Below the pieces are notes generated by a model. The model had not been told where the DNA came from and searched no databases. It saw only the letters and a program-made list of their open reading frames with translations. Both the position numbers and the translations under genes were made by a program. A stretch of 64,000 bases of DNA from a phage, in the NCBI GenBank assembly GCA_036611895.1, contig GCA_036611895.1_4766.1; one strand, given 5' to 3'. This document shows positions 44,628 to 55,600 of this stretch, in pieces. Numbering within the stretch: the stretch's first letter is position 1; every line of letters starts with the position of its first letter.

Positions 44628-45830
44628 ATGTTAAACTATAACGCTCCAATTGACGGTCAGAAATCTAGCATTGATGGTGCTGGTTCCGACCAGATGAATA
44701 CCTATTACTGGCTGAAGAAGGCTATTATTCAGTCCCGTAAAGACCAATATTTTATGCCTCTGGCTAACACCGTTAACATGCCGAAGAACTACGGTAAGAC
44801 TGTTAAGGTGTATGAGTACGTTCCTCTGCTCGACGACAAGAACATTAACGACCAGGGTATTGATGCCAATGGTGCTACCATTGTTAATGGTAACCTGTAC
44901 GGTTCTTCCAAAGACGTTGGTAACATCACTTCTAAACTGCCTCTGCTGTCAGAGAATGGTGGTCGTGTTAACCGTGTAGGCTTTACCCGTCTGGCTCGTG
45001 AAGGTTCCATTCATAAGTTCGGCTTCTTCTATGAATTTACCCAAGAGTCTCTGGACTTTGATTCTGATGACCAACTGAAAGAACACCTGTCTCGTGAACT
45101 GATGAACGGTGCTGTACAGTTGACTGAAGCTGTTCTTCAGAAAGACCTGCTGGCTGCTGCTGGTACTGTATTGTATGCAGGTGCTGCTGTCTCTGATGCT
45201 ACCATCACTGGTGAAGGTTCTACCCCGTCTGTAGTTTCTTATAAGAACCTGATGCGTCTTGACCAGATTCTTACTGAGAACCGTACCCCGACTCAGACTA
45301 CTATCATCACTGGCTCTAAGCTGACAGATACTAAAGTACTTGGTGGTACTCGTGTAATGTACGTTGGTTCTGAACTGGTTCCAGAACTGAAAGCGATGAA
45401 AGACCTGTTTGGTAATAAAGCATTCATCGAAGTTCAGCACTATGCTGATGCTGGTACTCTGATGAATGGTGAAATCGGTTGTATTGATAAGTTCCGTATC
45501 ATCCAGGTTCCAGAGATGCTGCATTGGGCAGGTGCTGGTGCTCAGGTTACTACTAACCCGGGTTACCGTACCTCTATGGTATCTGGTCAGGAGCACTACG
45601 ACGTATTCCCGATGCTGGTAGTTGGTGATGACTCCTTCTCTACCATTGGCTTCCAGACTGATGGTAAGTCTGTTAAGTTCACCATCATGACTAAGATGCC
45701 TGGTAAAGAAACTGCTGACCGTAATGACCCGTATGGTGAAACTGGCTTCAGTTCTATCAAGTGGTACTATGGTATCCTGGTTAAACGCCCAGAACGTCTG
45801 GCTCTGATTAAGACTGTTGCTCCTCTGTAA
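44628..45830 (+). CDS. major capsid protein
   Basis: 400 aa; size and synteny match N4 major capsid protein as recalled; followed by strong terminator. Confidence 0.65.
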   Translation: MLNYNAPIDGQKSSIDGAGSDQMNTYYWLKKAIIQSRKDQYFMPLANTVNMPKNYGKTVKVYEYVPLLDDKNINDQGIDANGATIVNGNLYGSSKDVGNITSKLPLLSENGGRVNRVGFTRLAREGSIHKFGFFYEFTQESLDFDSDDQLKEHLSRELMNGAVQLTEAVLQKDLLAAAGTVLYAGAAVSDATITGEGSTPSVVSYKNLMRLDQILTENRTPTQTTIITGSKLTDTKVLGGTRVMYVGSELVPELKAMKDLFGNKAFIEVQHYADAGTLMNGEIGCIDKFRIIQVPEMLHWAGAGAQVTTNPGYRTSMVSGQEHYDVFPMLVVGDDSFSTIGFQTDGKSVKFTIMTKMPGKETADRNDPYGETGFSSIKWYYGILVKRPERLALIKTVAPL

Positions 45831-45846
45831 TAGTCCGAAATAAAAC

Positions 45847-45872
45847 AAGGGGGACATTAGTCCCCCTCTTAA
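45847..45872 (+). terminator. intrinsic terminator after capsid gene
   Basis: gggggac-atta-gtccccc hairpin followed by tctt. Confidence 0.55.
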
Positions 45873-45897
45873 TAAAACTAAATGAACCACAGGAAAT

Positions 45898-46536
45898 ATG
45901 AACATGAGCATTAACGATAAACCGACCACTGACGTAGAAGTGAACGTACAGGGCAACGAAGATACCGTTAACGATATTGCAATGCCTAGCGAACTTGAAG
46001 TTCTTAAGCAACGTGCAACGTTGATGAATATCAAGTTCTCTAACAACATTTCCGTTGAAAAGCTTCGTGAGAAGATTGAAGCTGCACAAGTAAAAGATGA
46101 ACCAGTAGTAGAAGCTTCTGTTAACCCACTTGGTGCTAATCAAGAAGCTGGCGTTAAGAAGATGACCCTGGGTCAGAAGATTCGTGCAGAACAGACTCGA
46201 CTGATTCGTGTACGCATCCAGAACCTCGATCCTAAGAAGAAAGACCTGCCTGGTGAGATTATCACCGTAGCTAACGAATATATGGGTACTGTACGTAAGT
46301 TTGTTCCGTTCGGTGAAGTGACCGATAATGGCTATCATATTCCGTATTGTATCTACGAGTTCCTTAAAGAACGCAAGTTCATCAACATTACGACTCGTAA
46401 AGGTAAGAATGGCTTACCGGACATCCGTGCAACAGAAGCACGTGAGTTCTCTATTGAAGTACTGCCTCCGTTGACTGAAGCAGAATTAGCTCAACTGGCT
46501 CAAGCACAGATTGCTGCTGGTAGCCTTAACGATTAA
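45898..46536 (+). CDS. virion-associated protein (212 aa)
   Basis: ORF track; late-region position. Confidence 0.45.
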   Translation: MNMSINDKPTTDVEVNVQGNEDTVNDIAMPSELEVLKQRATLMNIKFSNNISVEKLREKIEAAQVKDEPVVEASVNPLGANQEAGVKKMTLGQKIRAEQTRLIRVRIQNLDPKKKDLPGEIITVANEYMGTVRKFVPFGEVTDNGYHIPYCIYEFLKERKFINITTRKGKNGLPDIRATEAREFSIEVLPPLTEAELAQLAQAQIAAGSLND

Positions 46537-46606
46537 CGTATAAGCTACAGTTCAACACGGCTCACTGGGGTAACTCCGTGGGCCGTTTCTTTTTGAACCA
46601 AGAGGA

Positions 46607-47449
46607 ATGATTATGTCTTGTTCTGCTGAGGTAGAAGCTAACCGACTCCTAGAAGAGTTAACTAAGGGTGATGACTTTACCCTTCCTGATATTGATATGT
46701 CCGGTCCTGAATGGGATATACCTGGTGGAGATGATTCCCCAATCTTTGGGGCCATTACTAAAGTAACAAATGAATCTCTTACTACTCGTGAAGTAGGTGG
46801 TAGTGGTACGTTTGATGCATTAATGGAATCCGCACACAATCACCTTAAAGCTGAGTTTAAGGCTAACCGTATTACAGGTGGTGAATATACCAAAGCATAT
46901 ATTGCTATGATGGAATCATGCATGAGTAATGCTGTTCAGTTCTTACTTGGTCGTGACCAGGCATACTGGGCTGCTGCATTGGCACAGATTCAGGCAGTTA
47001 CTGCTCGTGTTACATTGGCTACTTCTAAAGCTCAGTATGTACTGGCTAAGATACAAGCATTGTCTACTAAGGGTGAATACGCTCTTACTAAGATGAAGAT
47101 TGCTACTGAGTCTGAAACATACTGTGCTGCATTATTTAATGTACAAAAAATTCTTCCTGCACAGGAGCGTTTGATACAGGAACAATATGAAGTACAACGT
47201 GCACAGACTCAGGAAATGCGCTCTGATGCATTACCTATTCTTGGTTCTATTGGTAAACAGAAAGAGTTGTATTCTCAGCAGATTACTTCGTATCAACGAG
47301 ATGCAGAAGTTAAAGCAGCTAAGCTGTTTACTGATGCATGGATTACTCAGAAGACTATTGATGAAGGCTTGAATCCACCTAATGGCTTTACTAACGCAAG
47401 TATTGATACCATTCTAACCAAGCTGAAGTCTAACAACGGGCTGAACTAA
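46607..47449 (+). CDS. virion-associated protein (280 aa)
   Basis: ORF track; late-region position. Confidence 0.45.
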   Translation: MIMSCSAEVEANRLLEELTKGDDFTLPDIDMSGPEWDIPGGDDSPIFGAITKVTNESLTTREVGGSGTFDALMESAHNHLKAEFKANRITGGEYTKAYIAMMESCMSNAVQFLLGRDQAYWAAALAQIQAVTARVTLATSKAQYVLAKIQALSTKGEYALTKMKIATESETYCAALFNVQKILPAQERLIQEQYEVQRAQTQEMRSDALPILGSIGKQKELYSQQITSYQRDAEVKAAKLFTDAWITQKTIDEGLNPPNGFTNASIDTILTKLKSNNGLN

Positions 47450-47450
47450 T

Positions 47451-50105
47451 ATGGGCTTATTCAGTGGGAAGACCAAAGTATACGTAGCATCCTCTGTCTA
47501 TAACATGGCAGGGGATATTCACAAACGTCCTAACTATATGAAGACTGTAGTCATTGGTAACATTATTTCCAATACAGGATTCACTATGGCAGACACTATC
47601 TCTGATAGTTATCTGAATGGACCCGGTATTCGTATGCGACTGTTCTCCAGCTGGAGTAAGAACCACTATGATTCAGAAGTTGGTATGGCTGGTTCTTCAT
47701 TAGGTGTACTGGCTAAGATTGACCCTACTGTAATAGAGGGTCAAATTACACCTCCTGCTGGGGAGTCTGTTTATGTTCAGGCAGCAGAGATTGGCTTTGC
47801 TGATTTTGAGCAATGGTGTGACCAGTACCTTTATGAGAATGCTCCAAGTCGAATCATGGAACGATTCGACGTAGACATTGATGAGGATACCAATGAAATT
47901 ACTATGACCTCCCTGGATGGAGGTTCTACTATTAAATTCACACCTACCAACTTTGAACCAGGTGCTTTGTATCTCTATGCTGATTACACGTCCTATAAGT
48001 CCCCTACTACTAATCCACCTGTAGTAGGACCGACTACTGTCTATGATGATGAGGATGACTTACCCTCTACTTTGTTATGGACTACCATCTCAAGTGATAC
48101 TACGGCCAATTCAACTAACCTTACCAAAACTATACATACTCATTCTGTTTACTCTGATGGCAGACCTGATGAAGACAGTACTGTCATTGAACCAAGCATA
48201 GATAATTGGAACTCTTACGTTAAGGTTTATCGTAGAGGATTCACTGAGAAACCTGATGATGTGACTGTAGTTGTATCTGACAGGGTAATGACCCATAGAA
48301 AGTTCGGTGAGATTCAGTCCAGTACTGCTGTAACTACCAATGTAGTAGATATTGGTGGGGGTGTTACTCGCACAGACACAATCACTACAACCACAGAGAC
48401 ACTGGTTCGTAAGTACTCATCTCAGACTACTCGTACTGACACAGAGATGACTGCTGTTGGTACACCTAAGATGCTTATCTATAAACAGAACTCTGGTAAT
48501 GTTGCACTGGATTCTCTGTTTGAGACTGAGGCTACTGATAACCGATTCTACCCGTTCATTCCAATCAGGAATGATAAACGATGGGTAGAAAATGACCCAA
48601 TCTACCCACACTGTAAGAAAGCTCTTTATAAAGCTACTGGTGGAAAAATTGATAAAGTAGTCACGGAGCTTAAGAAGAATGATGACATAGGTGATATTCA
48701 GTACATTTATGGCACATTTGGTGTATCTCTTAATACCCCAGAAGATGCTGCTAAGGAATACATCTACCGTTTCTTTCAGATGGCTACTGAAGCATTCCCA
48801 CCTGACCCAACCTACCCGACTTTGGAAGCAGTAATTGCAGGTTATCAGGCAGCTAATGATGCAGTTGATGCATATGTAGAATGGTGGAACAGGACTGAAG
48901 GGCATACTATTGGAACTCCTCCACCACTGCCAGAATACCCTGTAATACCTAAACGAGAGTTTAGAGTGCATAGTAATAAGCATTATAAATACGACATGAC
49001 CATTGGTTGGAACTATGTGTCTGAAACTACACATTCAGGGCAAGCATGGGCTGGGGCTAAGCAGGGACAACTACGAGCCAGATATGCAGGAGATATAACC
49101 CTTACTCGCAAGAACATAAGGACAGCTTCTAACTCCGGTTCTGCTAAGAAACTTGAGGTAACATATACATTCTATTCAATGCAGGAGTATGAGTTACTTT
49201 GGCAGGATGGTAATAACACTTACCGTAAACTCAGAGTATTGGGCCTAAACCACAATAACAGGGTATATAAGAATAAGTCAGTGCACATTGATGTTGCTGA
49301 AGCAATGGGTGATGCAGAAGAAAGTGGATTCATTATTCCACTGCACACTAACATTTACCGTTCAATGTCACTGGTTCGAAGTACTCAGCTATCTACTGCC
49401 TGTTCCTACTTAGTGATGAACTCATATAAGAAGGTTAAGCAGAAATGGTATCAGACCGGGGCATTTAAGATTGTTGTTGTAGTGGTTGCTGTGGTTATTT
49501 CTGTATTTACAGCCGGTGCTGGTGGTGCAGGCATACTTGGTGCATATGGTGCAGTTGGTGCTTCACTTGGTTTTGTTGGATTAGCTGCTGTGATAGTTGG
49601 TGCTGTAGCAAATGCTATTGCTGGAATGATTCTGGTATCCATTATCACTAAAGTATCCACATCACTGTTCGGTGATAAATTGGGCTTTATTATTGCAGCT
49701 ATTGCCTCAATGGTAGCTATGAATGTTGGTACTGCCCTGTCTACCGGTACATCTCTGTCCACTCTGGCAAGTGAAATGATGAATGCCCAAAACATCATGC
49801 AGCTTACCAGTTCAGTAGGTAATGGTATTAGCCAGTATATTAATGCATCTACGGCTGCTACTATTCAGAAAGCAGAGAAAGTAATGCAGCAGTACAATAC
49901 TGATATGATGGCAATCAATAAGCAGTATGAAGAAATGTTTGGTACTGCTGGACAGGGTGTAATTGACCCTATGCAATTCGTGTCAATGGAGTCACTGGAT
50001 TCATTCTTATCACGTACTCTTATGACTGGTTCAGATATAGCCGACATGTCTTTAGACATGATAGGTAACTACTCTGACATGACCCTTAATACTGACCTAG
50101 TTTAA
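47451..50105 (+). CDS. internal virion/ejection protein with C-terminal multi-helix hydrophobic domain
   Basis: 884 aa. C-terminal 250 aa dominated by Gly/Ala/Val-rich hydrophobic stretches (FKIVVVVVAVVISVFTAGAGGAGILGAYGAVGASLGFVGLAAVIVGAV). Confidence 0.5.
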   Translation: MGLFSGKTKVYVASSVYNMAGDIHKRPNYMKTVVIGNIISNTGFTMADTISDSYLNGPGIRMRLFSSWSKNHYDSEVGMAGSSLGVLAKIDPTVIEGQITPPAGESVYVQAAEIGFADFEQWCDQYLYENAPSRIMERFDVDIDEDTNEITMTSLDGGSTIKFTPTNFEPGALYLYADYTSYKSPTTNPPVVGPTTVYDDEDDLPSTLLWTTISSDTTANSTNLTKTIHTHSVYSDGRPDEDSTVIEPSIDNWNSYVKVYRRGFTEKPDDVTVVVSDRVMTHRKFGEIQSSTAVTTNVVDIGGGVTRTDTITTTTETLVRKYSSQTTRTDTEMTAVGTPKMLIYKQNSGNVALDSLFETEATDNRFYPFIPIRNDKRWVENDPIYPHCKKALYKATGGKIDKVVTELKKNDDIGDIQYIYGTFGVSLNTPEDAAKEYIYRFFQMATEAFPPDPTYPTLEAVIAGYQAANDAVDAYVEWWNRTEGHTIGTPPPLPEYPVIPKREFRVHSNKHYKYDMTIGWNYVSETTHSGQAWAGAKQGQLRARYAGDITLTRKNIRTASNSGSAKKLEVTYTFYSMQEYELLWQDGNNTYRKLRVLGLNHNNRVYKNKSVHIDVAEAMGDAEESGFIIPLHTNIYRSMSLVRSTQLSTACSYLVMNSYKKVKQKWYQTGAFKIVVVVVAVVISVFTAGAGGAGILGAYGAVGASLGFVGLAAVIVGAVANAIAGMILVSIITKVSTSLFGDKLGFIIAAIASMVAMNVGTALSTGTSLSTLASEMMNAQNIMQLTSSVGNGISQYINASTAATIQKAEKVMQQYNTDMMAINKQYEEMFGTAGQGVIDPMQFVSMESLDSFLSRTLMTGSDIADMSLDMIGNYSDMTLNTDLV

Positions 50106-50118
50106 CAGGAGAATCCCT

Positions 50119-50562
50119 ATGGATTTGTCATTCTTAACAGGCAACCAAACCCCACAGCCAGCTGCTATGTCTTGGATGTCTAATAACAATCAGAACTTTA
50201 ATACCCCGGCTATGAACTATAACCCTGGTGCTGCTATCGGTATGGGTACAAATTTGGGGGCAACTTCCCCTACTTCTTTCATGTCGGGTTCAGCTAATCA
50301 GTTGGGCCTGAATGTACCCACCTTCCAGTTAGGACTGGGTGCACTTGGTTCATTAGCTAATATCTATAGTGGTTTCCAGGCCAATAAGTTAGCCAAAGAC
50401 CAGTTGAACTTTACTAAGAGTGTTACTAACACTAACCTGAATAACCAGATTAAGTCTTATAACACTGCACTGGAAGACCGTGCTCGTAGCCGTGCTGTTG
50501 CAGAAAACCGTGACCAGTCTTCAGCTGATGCTTACATTGCAGCTAATAAATTAACCCGTTAA
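50119..50562 (+). CDS. virion protein, low-complexity (147 aa)
   Basis: ORF track; Asn/Gly/Ser-rich. Confidence 0.45.
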   Translation: MDLSFLTGNQTPQPAAMSWMSNNNQNFNTPAMNYNPGAAIGMGTNLGATSPTSFMSGSANQLGLNVPTFQLGLGALGSLANIYSGFQANKLAKDQLNFTKSVTNTNLNNQIKSYNTALEDRARSRAVAENRDQSSADAYIAANKLTR

Positions 50563-50574
50563 TAGGAAACCATC

Positions 50575-52521
50575 ATGGCTCAAATTACATGGCGTAATGT
50601 TGATGCACCTAACTTCTCTGGAGTTGGTGACAGCATTCGCACATTTGGTAGCATGATTGGTAACGCCACCTCCGGCTTAAGTGATGCACTGGGTAATTTC
50701 CAGAACGCTGCCAAGCAGGAGGCTGGCAATGCCGTCATGATGAATGCTATGCAGTATCAAGACCCTACTGAGTATCGTAATGCTTTGGCATCCGGTGCAT
50801 TGTTCCAGGGGGTTGACCCTTCACTCGTAAACCAACATACCCTGCAGAATCTGGATGAGCGAGCAGGTACTCTGTTGACCCAACAAGGTCAGCAGGGAAT
50901 TAATGACTACAATGTTTATCGTTTTGGTCGTTTACAGGATAATGACTCTGCATTAGATAATGCATCTCCAGCTATTCGTTTACTGTCTGAGGCTTATCAG
51001 TCTGGCGACCAGAATCGTATTAATGCAGCATTGAGTCAGACTCGTGATGCACTGTCTGCACTTCCTGCTGACCAACAACTGGATATGCTGAGCCGTCTTC
51101 AAGGTCAGGGTGGTCAGGCTATTAACCAAGCACAGAACCGCTTTGATTTGGGTGTGGCTCAACGCAATGATGCGGATTCACAAGCTGCATCCGGTATATT
51201 GACGGACATTTTCCGCAGTGCTTCTACACCTATGGATGCTCTTACACTGGCAGAGTCTGCTATGAAGAATGCTTCTCCTGGTGTACGTGCTGCAATCATG
51301 CGAGGTGTGAACCAGAGGTTCCCGGGTACTTATGCTGCATCCCCTTCTGGCTCTTCTCCAGGAACTGCTGGTACTCGTTCTGGTTCCCCTTACGATGCAA
51401 CCTATACCTTTGCAGCTACTGATAAGCCTATTACTGAGATGACCCTTGGTGAGGTTACTAACCATCAGCAAACTATGATTAATAACCCATCACAAGGTCA
51501 TTCTCCTGTAGGTGCATTCCAGATTAATAAAGCTACCCTGGAAGACTATGCTCCTAAGGTGCTTGGTTCAAATTGGCGTAATCAGCAAATGACTCCTGAA
51601 GTGCAGGACAAAATAGCTGAAGCAATCTTCAATGACCGTAAGAATGGTAACCTTTCTAAGACTTGGGCTGCATTGCCTGACCTTGGTGTGGGTGGTTATA
51701 AGGACATGCCTTGGAGTGAAGCACGTCAGTTAATTGCACAGGCAGAGGTAGGTGCATCTCTTGAGCAGTTACAGACCCAACAAGTAGTTTCAAACATGGC
51801 AGGCAATACAGTTGCTGCACGTCAGTCTGAAGATAATACTGGAACCATTACTGCTAACTATGCTCGTGCATTACGTGATAACTCTACCATTGGTGAAGTA
51901 GCAGACCGTCTTCTTAAGGATGCTTTTAAAGGTTCTGAGAAAGGATGGATGATAGCTCGACTGAATGATGTTATGCAGGAATCCGGACAGTCTCCTGCTG
52001 TAGCTGCTGAGATTCTTAAGCAGTCTACTACCAACGTACCGGAAGGTATGATTAGTCGAGCACTCGATGCACTTAACCCATTTATCTCCAATGAAGGTGG
52101 TGGTGGTATTCGCATTGATGATACCGTTGCCAGAGAACTGGCACGTTCAGTACGTCGTGGGGAAGGTATTGAAGCTACTGCTCGTGATAGTGTTCTTACT
52201 CAGGTGCAAGGTAATATTGCAAATGCCCAGAACCAGGTAACGCAAGCAGAAGCCTTACTTGCTGATACTCGCCGTCGTGTAGCTGCTGGACAAAGTGGGC
52301 TTGCTGCTACTATTCCTGCTCGTGAGGCTGAGTTAGTAAGAGCACGGGCTGCACTGGATGCTGCTGTCAATACTGTGGTAGCTAACCAAGGAAACCTGGT
52401 TCCACAGAACTTCCGTTCTAATGCTTCAGTAGAACGTGAGCGTAGTCGTGAAGATGAAGAACGAGCTAGACGTTATCGAAAATTAGCAGAGGGTTTACCT
52501 CCCTATATGCAACCTCGATAA
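50575..52521 (+). CDS. internal virion protein, possible lytic-transglycosylase-like segment
   Basis: 648 aa. NNPSQGHSPVGAFQINKATL loosely resembles the SLT-domain S..GA.GLMQ motif; weak. Confidence 0.45.
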   Translation: MAQITWRNVDAPNFSGVGDSIRTFGSMIGNATSGLSDALGNFQNAAKQEAGNAVMMNAMQYQDPTEYRNALASGALFQGVDPSLVNQHTLQNLDERAGTLLTQQGQQGINDYNVYRFGRLQDNDSALDNASPAIRLLSEAYQSGDQNRINAALSQTRDALSALPADQQLDMLSRLQGQGGQAINQAQNRFDLGVAQRNDADSQAASGILTDIFRSASTPMDALTLAESAMKNASPGVRAAIMRGVNQRFPGTYAASPSGSSPGTAGTRSGSPYDATYTFAATDKPITEMTLGEVTNHQQTMINNPSQGHSPVGAFQINKATLEDYAPKVLGSNWRNQQMTPEVQDKIAEAIFNDRKNGNLSKTWAALPDLGVGGYKDMPWSEARQLIAQAEVGASLEQLQTQQVVSNMAGNTVAARQSEDNTGTITANYARALRDNSTIGEVADRLLKDAFKGSEKGWMIARLNDVMQESGQSPAVAAEILKQSTTNVPEGMISRALDALNPFISNEGGGGIRIDDTVARELARSVRRGEGIEATARDSVLTQVQGNIANAQNQVTQAEALLADTRRRVAAGQSGLAATIPAREAELVRARAALDAAVNTVVANQGNLVPQNFRSNASVERERSREDEERARRYRKLAEGLPPYMQPR

Positions 52522-52538
52522 AATCTTACATACTAATA

Positions 52539-52562
52539 AAGCCCCATCCGGGGCTTTTCTCT
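52539..52562 (+). terminator. intrinsic terminator before vRNAP gene
   Basis: aagcccc-atcc-ggggctt hairpin followed by ttctctt. Confidence 0.55.
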
Positions 52563-52606
52563 TACATTCACTTACTGTACAGTGAATCTTCTTATACGAT
52601 ATAAGT

Positions 52607-55600
52607 TTGAACAGGAATCATGCTATGTCAACATTTGACCGTCTGGCAGGTTTCGCAGACAGCATCACTACTGCTAAGCAAGTCGATGTCTCTACTGCAA
52701 CCTCTCGGAAACAAGCTGAACAAGGGCAAAGCCCTTTCCAATTAACTCCTCAGAATGCCTACCAATTACAGGCAGGACGTGCCGGTGACTTAGGTGCTGG
52801 TGCATTTGAACCAGGTTCTATTCAGGCAGATTTTACTAATGCCTCCCCCCTTGAAATCGTAAACAAGTATGGCAATGAGCAAGGAATGGACATTCTCAAT
52901 GCTCGTGTCAATGCAGCTAATTCTGTTCGTCGTGATTTAACTAAGAGTCGTACTTATGGTGAAGCACTTGGTGATACCCTTTCTGGTGTTGGTCTTGGTG
53001 TTGCTAATACCCTTGGGGGCATTGCTGCTCTTGGCACAGGTTTGGTCAATGATAATGCCGGGGCAACCATTGCTTCCAGTCTTGACTGGTTGAATAAAGG
53101 TGTACACAACCTACAGTCTGATGCACTGAATGCTCGCCGTAATGTAGTACAGAACCAGAACGTAATATCTGCACAGGAAAATGAGAAACAGTATAAGCAG
53201 GATATTGCTGAAGGAGAAAGTGAACTCGTTGCTTCCTTGTCTCGCATTGGTCGTGATGCTTACGATTCTGTCGCTAACACTTTGTCTAATGGCATGGCTG
53301 CTACAGATGGTCTGGCTGAGGGTGTTGGTTCACTGTTTACTGGTGGTCCACTTATCCGTGGTGTATCTGCACTAGGTAAGGTAATGGTAGGTGGTGATAA
53401 AGCTGTTAAGGGCATTACCTTAGCTGCTGAATTAGGTTCACGTCCTGCACGAATTGCACAGTCTGCTGGTCGTGTTGCTGCACCTGCTATAGCAATTGGT
53501 GGTATGGAAGCTGGTGGTGCATACCAACAGACTGCTAATGAAATTATGGAAATGCCATTCAGTGAACTGGCTGCTAAATCTCCTGTATACCAACAGCATA
53601 TTAAAGACGGTTTATCTACTGAAGAAGCACGACGTCAGACTGCATCTGAAACAGGTATCACTGCTGCTGGTTTAACTGCTCCAGTTGCTGCTCTTACTGC
53701 TCCACTGGTATCCAAGTTTGAACTTAATCCACTTAAGGTAGGTTCACTGGCTGGTGCTGGTTCTAACATGCTGCGAGAGACTGTAGAAGAAGGTATTCAG
53801 TCTGGTACAAGTCAGTTTGCACAGAACAAGGCAATCCAAGGTAATGTTGATGCATCTCGTGACATCCTCAAAGGTGTAGGCGAACAAACTGGTCTTGGTG
53901 CATTGTATGGCTTTGGTTCTGCTGGAGTTGCTCAAGCTCCTGGTGCAACTGTTAAGGCTGCTGGTGCTGCCGTTGGTCCTGCTGTACGTACTACCCTGGC
54001 TGGTGCTTCTCTGGCTGGTAAGGCATTAGCAAAAGTAGCTTCTCCTATTACTAACATCCTGGTTCAACGTGGGGAAGAAGTTGCTAAGCGTAATGAACAA
54101 GCATCCCCTGTATCTGATGCTACGGTTAACGCTGCTGCACAGGAAGCTACTGCTCAGGCAGAACAAGCACAAGCAACTGTACAGGAAGCAGTAGATGCAA
54201 TGGATATTTCTCCAGAAGAGAAAGCTGCTGCTACTCAGTATGCTGCTGACTTAACTCAGGTAATGAAGTTTGATCCAGTAGAACTGGAACAAGCTAGTCC
54301 AGTAGTCCGTGAAGCTGTTTCTGGTTCCACTAACCGTGTTGAAGCTATTCAGAAGATGGCTGACCTGGTTAATACTGCTGAAGACCCTAACGTTCAAATG
54401 GAAGCTGCAATCCAGATGTATGACAACATTATGTCTATGGATAGCTTCATTAACCGTGATCCAGGTGCATTAGCTAATCTGGAACAGGGTTCTCCTGCTG
54501 CTAATATTGTTGATCAGTTCTCCGGTCTGATGGCTAATGTACAGAATACACCGAAGGTACTCCGTGCATTCCGTGCCATTCATTCCATGATTCAGGAACA
54601 GGCAGAAGCAGGTAAACTGAAAGCTACTGAAGAAGCTAACCAAGCCCAAGCAAACAACATTGCTATGGCTGCTGATATGTCTCCAGAAGTGCTGGACGCA
54701 GATTCAGTGAACATGGTTCTGAAACATGCAAGTGAAGGTAAGATTACATTGGGGAATCGTCAGCGTGCTGCCCTGCAATCTGCTGCTGCTCTATTGCAAG
54801 GAGCACGGGAATTTGACGCTAAAGCAGAAGAACTAGGCTTACGTCCTCAAGACATTGTTAGTAAACAGATTAAAACCGACGAATCTCGTTCTAATGAAGG
54901 TCAGTACTCTGCGTTGCAACATGCTAAACGCATTCGTTCTGCGTACAACTCTGGTAACTTCGATTTGGCTTCCGCTTATCTCGACGACTTTATGAAGTTC
55001 GCCCAGCACATGCAGAATAAGGTCGGAGCGTTGAATGAGCATCTGATTTCTGGGAATGCGGATAAGAATAAGTCTGTCCATTATCAGGCTCTTACTCCCT
55101 CGCGTGAATGGGTACGTAGTCGTACTGGCCTCGGTGTCAATCCGTATGATACCAAGTCTGTTAAGTTTGCCCAACAAGTAGGACTGGAAGCCAAGACCGT
55201 AGCTGATATTGCTAACGCACTTGCTACGGCTTACCCGGAGCTTAATGTTTCTCATGTGAAAGTTACCCCATTGGATTCACGTCTGGACAAGCCTGCTGCC
55301 CAGGTAGTTAAAGAGTTCCGTCAGGGCAATCTTGATGCTGCTCAATCCCAACAGACCAATGAACCAGTGAATCAGGTTGATGAAACTCCTGTTACAAAAC
55401 AGGAACCAGTTACCCCTACTGTACAGACTAAACCCTCTGTTAGTGAAGCTGTTAAAACAGAACCCACTATTAAAGAGTCTAAACCACAGGCTGTAAAAGA
55501 ACCTGAGAATCAGTCTGAATCTTCTATCCCAGCTGGGCCTGAAATGAAGACTGCTGAGTTCACCGGTAAACAGCAAGCCTCATATATGCAGTTAGGTCAG

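Noticed and set aside
44949-46338. Long minus-strand ORFs (366 aa and 176 aa) overlapping the major capsid gene and its neighbour
   Set aside because: Antisense to well-supported plus-strand genes in an operon that is otherwise strictly one-stranded; no RBS; translated sequences are low-complexity. Treated as frame artefacts.
52578-52598. CTGT...ACAG palindrome upstream of vRNAP as a LexA/SOS box
   Set aside because: The CTGT and ACAG half-sites are contiguous rather than separated by the spacer expected for a LexA box.
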